Assembly (NCBI GenBank): GCA_963792585.1
Contig: CAWBWI010000001.1
Location: forward strand, 96,001 to 160,000
Direction: 5' to 3'
Source: Candidatus Eiseniibacteriota bacterium
GTDB lineage: Bacteria; Eisenbacteria; RBG-16-71-46; CAIMUX01; VGJL01
Length of the DNA stretch: 64,000 nucleotides
Below the pieces are notes generated by a model. The model was given only the letters and a program-made list of their open reading frames with translations. It did not search any database and had not been told where the DNA came from. The position numbers were made by a program, and so were the translations under genes. Within the stretch, counting starts at the first letter, position 1; each line of letters opens with the position of its first letter. Positions 58,562 through 64,000 of this stretch are shown one piece after another.

Positions 58562-61029
58562 GAGAAGCAACCGTCAAACAAGTCGTCTATGACGACGCCG
58601 TCGTTCGGCTCTTCACTCTCGCCTCCGTGCTTTGGGGCGTCGTGGCGCTCCTGCTCGGAGTTCTCATCGCCACCCAACTTCCGTTCTGGCAAGCGAACTT
58701 CGGAATCCCCTGGCTGACGTTCGGACGTCTGCGACCCTTGCATACCAACGCGGCGATCTTCGCATTCGTCGGTAACATGATGTTCGCCGGCATCTACTAT
58801 TCGACGCAGAGGTTGCTGAAGACCCGCATGGCGTCCGACGTTCTGAGTCGGGTGAACTTCTGGGGCTGGCAGTTGATCATCGTCTGCGCGGCGGCGAGCA
58901 TCCCCTTCGGGCTGACGCAGAGCAAGGAATACGCGGAGCTGATCTGGCCGATCGACATCCTCGTGGCGTTGACCTGGGTTGTCTTCGCGGTCAACTTCTT
59001 CTGGACGCTGGCGATTCGCAATGAGCCGAACCTCTACGTCTCGCTCTGGTTCTACATCGCCACGATCGTCACGATTCCGGTCCTCTACATCGTCAACAAC
59101 CTCCAGATTCCGACCAGCTTCCTGCACAGCTACTCCGTATATGCCGGTGTGCAGGATGCCCTGGTCCAGTGGTGGTACGGGCACAACGCGGTCGGCTTCT
59201 TCCTGACGACGCCGATACTGGGGATCATGTACTACTTCGTCCCGAAGGCCGCGGGGCGCCCCGTCTACTCCTACCGGCTCTCGGTCGTCCACTTCTGGGC
59301 CCTTGTGTTCGTCTATATCTGGGCGGGGCCGCACCATCTGCTGAACACCTCGCTCCCGAACTGGGCCCAGACGCTCGGGACGGTCTTCAGCGTCATGCTC
59401 CTCGCCCCCTCGTGGGGCGGAATGGTCAATGGTCTCATGACGCTGCGGGGCGCATGGGATCGGCTGCGGACCGACCCGGTCCTCAAGTTCTTCGCGGTGG
59501 GGATCACCTTCTACGGCATGTCGACCTTCGAGGGGCCGCTTCTTTCCCTGAGGGAAGTCAACGGCCTGGCCCACTACACGGACTGGATCATCGCGCACGT
59601 CCACGGCGGAGCGCTCGGGTGGAACGGCTTCATGGCGGCCGGAATGTTCTACTGGCTGGTCCCGAAGCTCTGGAACACGAAGCTGCGGTCGGTGAGAATG
59701 GCCGAGAGCCATTTCTGGCTCGGCACCTTCGGAATGCTCCTCTACGTGGTGGCGATGTGGATCGCCGGCGTGAATCAAGGCCTCTACTGGCGGGCTCTCG
59801 GCGCCGACACGTTCCTCAAGTACCCGGACTTCATCCAGGCGCTGATCTCGTCCCACTTCCTGTGGGTCATGCGGATGATCGGCGGAGCGATCTACCTAGG
59901 CGGGTTCGTCCTGATGGTCGTCAATCTGTTCGCGACGATCCGCTCCGGGGCGGCGATCACCGTCACCCAGCAGGTCGTCGTCCCCGAAGCGTTGCCTGCG
60001 CCTTCCGTATGGAGGCTCATCCGTGGCGCACCGGTCGTTCTCTCTGCGGGCGCAATCTTCTTCGGGATCCTCCTCGGCCGCGCGGACGCCGTTGCAAGCC
60101 CGCTCGTGTTGACCGGCATGGCGGCGGTCACGGTCGCGGCGATCCTGGTCGCGGGGATGGAGCGCCGAGAGGCCGGAAGCTGGCATCGCCTCGTCGAGCG
60201 CCGGCCGCTCGCGTTCACGCTCCTGATCCTCGTCGCGATCCTGGTCGGCGGGCTGGTAGAACTGGTCCCCAGTATCGCGATCCGCAAGCGGGTTCCCATG
60301 GTGCCGTCGGTGGAAACCGTCGTCCCTGCGGCGCCCGGCTCAACGGCGGACCCGGCCCCGCCCGGTGCAGTGGCGCCCGCGGTCACGGCCCCCGCGCCGC
60401 TGCCGGTGGACAAGTTCCTTCAGCAGCCGTACAGCGCCCTCGAACTGGCGGGACGGGACATCTACGTTTCCGAGGGTTGCTACAACTGCCACAGCCAGAT
60501 GGTGCGTCCCTTCCGACACGAGACGCTGCGATACGGCGAGTACTCGCGGATGGAGGAGTTCATCTACGATCACCCGTTCCAGTTCGGTTCCAAGAGGACC
60601 GGCCTGGACCTGCACCGGGTCGGCGGGAAATACCCGAATCTCTGGCACTACCAGCACCTGATGGACCCGAGGTCCACGTCCCCGGGGTCCAACATGCCGT
60701 CCTACAAACAGATGAAGACGGCCCGCATCGACCCGGCGCAGCTCGAGCGCAAGTTCAGGGTGATGCGTCAGCTCGGCGTTCCCTACACCGACTCCGATAT
60801 CACATCCGCCCCCGCGTCCGCGCGCCAGCAGGCTCGGTTGATCCACGCCGATCTCCAGGCGCAGGGGGTTCGAATCGAGCCGGAGACGAAGTTGATCGCG
60901 CTGATCGCCTACTTGCAGCGGCTCGGGCGGGGACCGCAGTTCAAGCCGGATGTCCGTGCGATGGGGGATCTGCCGCCCACGGAGTCTCGGATGGCGGCGG
61001 GAGATCGACCCGCGGCGGGAGGGCGCTAG
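58558..61029 (+). CDS. ccoNO: Fused cbb3-type cytochrome c oxidase subunits I and II
   Basis: GRLRPLHTN, QWWYGHNAV, WAGPHHL, HYTDW..AHVH; then GRDIY..EGCYNCHSQMVRP, GSKRTG.DL.R.G, SNMP. Confidence 0.95.
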   Translation: MREATVKQVVYDDAVVRLFTLASVLWGVVALLLGVLIATQLPFWQANFGIPWLTFGRLRPLHTNAAIFAFVGNMMFAGIYYSTQRLLKTRMASDVLSRVNFWGWQLIIVCAAASIPFGLTQSKEYAELIWPIDILVALTWVVFAVNFFWTLAIRNEPNLYVSLWFYIATIVTIPVLYIVNNLQIPTSFLHSYSVYAGVQDALVQWWYGHNAVGFFLTTPILGIMYYFVPKAAGRPVYSYRLSVVHFWALVFVYIWAGPHHLLNTSLPNWAQTLGTVFSVMLLAPSWGGMVNGLMTLRGAWDRLRTDPVLKFFAVGITFYGMSTFEGPLLSLREVNGLAHYTDWIIAHVHGGALGWNGFMAAGMFYWLVPKLWNTKLRSVRMAESHFWLGTFGMLLYVVAMWIAGVNQGLYWRALGADTFLKYPDFIQALISSHFLWVMRMIGGAIYLGGFVLMVVNLFATIRSGAAITVTQQVVVPEALPAPSVWRLIRGAPVVLSAGAIFFGILLGRADAVASPLVLTGMAAVTVAAILVAGMERREAGSWHRLVERRPLAFTLLILVAILVGGLVELVPSIAIRKRVPMVPSVETVVPAAPGSTADPAPPGAVAPAVTAPAPLPVDKFLQQPYSALELAGRDIYVSEGCYNCHSQMVRPFRHETLRYGEYSRMEEFIYDHPFQFGSKRTGLDLHRVGGKYPNLWHYQHLMDPRSTSPGSNMPSYKQMKTARIDPAQLERKFRVMRQLGVPYTDSDITSAPASARQQARLIHADLQAQGVRIEPETKLIALIAYLQRLGRGPQFKPDVRAMGDLPPTESRMAAGDRPAAGGR

Positions 61030-61032
61030 GCC

Positions 61033-61239
61033 ATGTTCCAGGACTTTCTTGCTTCGCAAGAGCTGGGGATCTTCCCGACCATCGCCCTGCTGATCTTCCT
61101 GTTCTGTTTCACGGCGGTCCTGGCGCACCTGTTGCTGAGCCGCAAGGAGCCGCTCGATCGGATCGCGCATCTGCCCCTCGACGATGACGAGCTGCACGGA
61201 GGCGGGCCGGGTCTGCAGGGGAGGAGGACGGGACAATGA
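61033..61239 (+). CDS. ccoQ: cbb3 oxidase subunit CcoQ-like
   Basis: Single TM (ALLIFLFCF), LPLDDD, position between ccoO and ccoP. Confidence 0.75.
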   Translation: MFQDFLASQELGIFPTIALLIFLFCFTAVLAHLLLSRKEPLDRIAHLPLDDDELHGGGPGLQGRRTGQ

Positions 61240-61940
61240 GCAAGCGCCGCGACGAGATGCTCGATCACGAGTTCGATGGAATCCGTGAGTACGACAATCC
61301 GCCTCCGCCGTGGATCATGTGGATCCTCTATGCGAGCGTGGTCTTCGCCGTGTTCTACTGGATGAGCTATCACACCTTCGCGGTCGGGAAGCTCCCGGAC
61401 GCGAAGTACGATGCCGAGATGGCGAAGGCGGCGGAACACCAGCTCGCGCAGATGGCGAAGCAGGAACTGAGCGACAAGACCCTGCTCCTGATGGCGGCGG
61501 TGCCGGCCCGCGTGCAGGATGGACGCAAGATCTTCGAGCAATACTGTGTCGTCTGCCACATGCAGAACGGGGAGGGGAGTGTCGGCCCGAACCTCACCGA
61601 TGCGTATTGGATCCACGGCAGTCAACCGATGCAGATCTTCAACACCGTCACCAAGGGCGTGCCCGAGAAGGGGATGGTCGCTTGGGGAGGGCAACTGGGG
61701 CCGAATCGCGTGCAGGCGGTCGTCGCCTATCTCCTGACCATCAAGGGACGCAATCTCCCTGGGAAGGCGCCCCAGGGGAATCCGGAGGTGGATGCGCCGC
61801 CGGCACCCGCCGGCAGTCCCGCGACCCCCGCCGGCGCGATCCCGGCCGGAGCGACTCCTGCCGGCGCGAATCCGGCCGGAGCGACGCCGAGTTCGCCGGT
61901 CGCCGCTCCGGCGTCCGAGCCGAGTTCGCATGCGAGCTAG
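61236..61940 (+). CDS. ccoP: cbb3 oxidase subunit III (mono-haem)
   Basis: HEFDGIREYDNP.P.W; one CVVCH; GPNLTD.YWIHG; KGM.AW; Pro/Ala tail. Confidence 0.92.
   Translation: MSKRRDEMLDHEFDGIREYDNPPPPWIMWILYASVVFAVFYWMSYHTFAVGKLPDAKYDAEMAKAAEHQLAQMAKQELSDKTLLLMAAVPARVQDGRKIFEQYCVVCHMQNGEGSVGPNLTDAYWIHGSQPMQIFNTVTKGVPEKGMVAWGGQLGPNRVQAVVAYLLTIKGRNLPGKAPQGNPEVDAPPAPAGSPATPAGAIPAGATPAGANPAGATPSSPVAAPASEPSSHAS
61827..61886 (+). repeat. 15-bp coding repeat x4 (PAGAx)
   Basis: cccgccggcgcgatc / ccggccggagcgact / cctgccggcgcgaat / ccggccggagcgacg. Confidence 0.85.
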
Positions 61941-61991
61941 CGAACCGGATTCGGGCGGCAGACCCGCGCGATCGGGAATCAGAGGTTCCGC

Positions 61992-63404
61992 GTGAGTGAG
62001 AACGAAAGCTCCACGGGTCCGCGGACCGAGCGTCTGCGCCTGCCGGATCTCGAGACCGTCTACACGATCAACACCGACGGCTCCCGGAACTTCCTCCACC
62101 CGGCGGACGTGAAGGGACGCTGGCAGCGGCGCAAGAATGCGGTCTTTGCCCTTCTGATCGCCATCTACGCCGTTCTGCCCTGGATCGTGATCCGCGGCCG
62201 ACCGGCCGTCCTGATCGACATCCCGGGGCGCGAGGCATTCCTGTTCGGCAAGACCTTCACGAACCAGGACTTCTACCTACTCTTCTTCCTCCTGTCGGGC
62301 ATCGGGTTCTGTCTCTTCGTGCTCACGGCGCTATGGGGGAGGATATGGTGCGGATTCGCCTGTCCGCAGACCGTCTACCTGGAGGGCGTCTTTCGCAGGA
62401 TCGAGAGGTGGATCGAGGGACCCCGCGACACGAGGATCCGGAGGAATCGAGGACCGATCTCACGGGACAAGGCCGCGCGCAAGCTCGTCAAACATCTGAT
62501 CTTCCTGGGTCTCTCCCTGCTCGTGGCGCACATCTTCATCGCCTACTTCATTCCCGCACGGGATCTATGGGGCGTCGTCCGGTCGGCCCCGTCCCAACAC
62601 TGGACCGCATTCCTGTGGGTCGTCGGGATGACGGGAATCCTCTACTTCGACTTCTCTTGGTTCCGAGAGCAGACGTGTCTTGTCGTCTGCCCCTACGGCC
62701 GACTCCAATCGGCCATGATCGACAGCGACACCATCGTGATCGGCTATGACGGGAAACGCGGTGAGCCGCGATCGAGGACCGTGGAGGCTGCGGGAGACTG
62801 CGTCGACTGCCGGCGGTGCGTCGTCGTCTGCCCTACGGGGATCGACATCCGAAACGGCCTGCAACTGGAGTGCGTCGGGTGCGCCAACTGCGTCGATGCC
62901 TGCGACGAGATCATGGAACGGCTCGGCAGGCCGCGCGGCCTCGTGCGATACGACTCGCGGCGCGGGTTCGAATCGGGAACGCGACGCAGGCTCCTGAGAC
63001 CTCGGGTGGCCCTCTACGCGGCCCTTGGGATCGTGGGCCTCACCGTTGCCTCGATAGCCGTTACCCGTCGCAGCAACTTCGAGGTCCACGCCCTCCGCAC
63101 CCGCGGCATGCCCTACACCCTCGAGGGGGGGACGATCCGGAACCTCCTTCAGGTCAATATCCAGAACAAGGGTACGGAGCGTCACGTGTTCTTCATAAGC
63201 ATGAGTGCGGAAGGCCACGGCGACGTCGAGACCGTGATTGCGCAACCCCGACTCGTCCTGGACGGTCTCGCGGATGCGACCGTGCCGATCTTCGCGACGA
63301 TCCGCCAGGACGCGTACACGGAGGGATTCCCCTTGATGATCGCGGTGCGGGACTCCGCATCGGGAGAGGAACGTCAGGTCGAGGCCCACTTCCTCGGTCC
63401 GTAG
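61992..63404 (+). CDS. ccoG: cbb3 oxidase accessory protein (4Fe-4S)
   Basis: GRIWCGFACPQTV, REQ.C..VCPYGRLQ, CVDCRRCVVVCPTGIDIRNG.QLEC..C..C.DAC. Confidence 0.93.
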   Translation: MSENESSTGPRTERLRLPDLETVYTINTDGSRNFLHPADVKGRWQRRKNAVFALLIAIYAVLPWIVIRGRPAVLIDIPGREAFLFGKTFTNQDFYLLFFLLSGIGFCLFVLTALWGRIWCGFACPQTVYLEGVFRRIERWIEGPRDTRIRRNRGPISRDKAARKLVKHLIFLGLSLLVAHIFIAYFIPARDLWGVVRSAPSQHWTAFLWVVGMTGILYFDFSWFREQTCLVVCPYGRLQSAMIDSDTIVIGYDGKRGEPRSRTVEAAGDCVDCRRCVVVCPTGIDIRNGLQLECVGCANCVDACDEIMERLGRPRGLVRYDSRRGFESGTRRRLLRPRVALYAALGIVGLTVASIAVTRRSNFEVHALRTRGMPYTLEGGTIRNLLQVNIQNKGTERHVFFISMSAEGHGDVETVIAQPRLVLDGLADATVPIFATIRQDAYTEGFPLMIAVRDSASGEERQVEAHFLGP

Positions 63405-63452
63405 GTCGACGTCGGGCGCCGGGACGACCAGGGCCGGTCGGATGTCCCGAGA

Positions 63453-64000
63453 CTAGGCCGCTCGCCCAACTCGGAGCGAGGCGAATTCCGCCTGATATCG
63501 TTCCACCTCGGGAGCGACGCGCGCGAGCAGCTCCGGCAGCTGCGTCATGTCTCCCGATTCGGAGCGGCTTTCGATCTCCTCGAAGAGGCGGCCAAGCGCG
63601 GCTGCGCCGATCGTCCGGCTCGTGCCCTTCAGCGTGTGGGCGTGGAATCGCAGGCGGGGACGATTATCAGACTCGAGCGCGATCTTCATCTCATCCACGC
63701 GTGCGGTGACCGTTCGGACATACTCGTCGATCAGATGCTGCAAGAAGTCGGGATCGCCGCCTCCGATGTCCTGCAGGCATTCCTTGTCGAGTACGGGCGC
63801 GAAAGGACGCCGGACCTCGATGGTCGCATCCGGCGCCCGGCGGAAGCGCAGGAGCGCGTCGCGGAGCTCATCGGGCTTGACCGGCTTGGCGACATAATCA
63901 TCCATCCCCGATGCGATGCACTTCTCGCGATCACCCTGCATGGCGCTGGCGGTCATCGCGATGATGGGGATACGGCGCCCGGTTCCCTCCTCGCTCGCAC
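63453..64000 (-). CDS. C-terminal receiver + Hpt domains of a hybrid sensor kinase (partial)
   Basis: [41 protein letters not shown]; the frame is open to the window edge. Confidence 0.88.
   Translation of the reverse strand, partial: ASEEGTGRRIPIIAMTASAMQGDREKCIASGMDDYVAKPVKPDELRDALLRFRRAPDATIEVRRPFAPVLDKECLQDIGGGDPDFLQHLIDEYVRTVTARVDEMKIALESDNRPRLRFHAHTLKGTSRTIGAAALGRLFEEIESRSESGDMTQLPELLARVAPEVERYQAEFASLRVGRAA

Overview
A GC-rich bacterial window with no rRNA, tRNA, CRISPR array or recognisable transposase. The gene content (TonB-dependent receptor, lipoproteins, outer-membrane barrels, T9SS/FlgD-Ig-like C-terminal domains, fused cbb3 ccoNO) indicates a diderm. By inference it is FCB-associated, such as Ca. 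Eisenbacteria or a relative; this is not verified. 0-25 kb is mostly large secreted proteins carrying two mutually exclusive C-terminal tags: a T9SS/FlgD-Ig-like domain (four proteins in the window) or a 17-aa tail xTPxxxTTWG[RQ]VKxxFR-stop (three unrelated proteins). The tail is the best candidate for an undescribed sorting signal. A DUF222-like/HNH gene with an operator-like dyad and tandem repeats sits at 19-22 kb. 33.5-43.8 kb is a putative sigma-54 stress/envelope island: a class D-like sortase with an MPKTA substrate, otsA-DUF5752-treT, small membrane proteins, three small beta-barrels and an OmpA lipoprotein. These surround an unpaired NtrC-family regulator and four good -24/-12 promoters. 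The right end holds an OPT gene broken by six same-direction frameshifts (probably sequence error), a cbb3 oxidase cluster (DsbD_2, ccoI, ccoS, ccoNO, ccoQ, ccoP, ccoG) and the end of a hybrid kinase. All calls come from reading motifs by eye; no searches were run.
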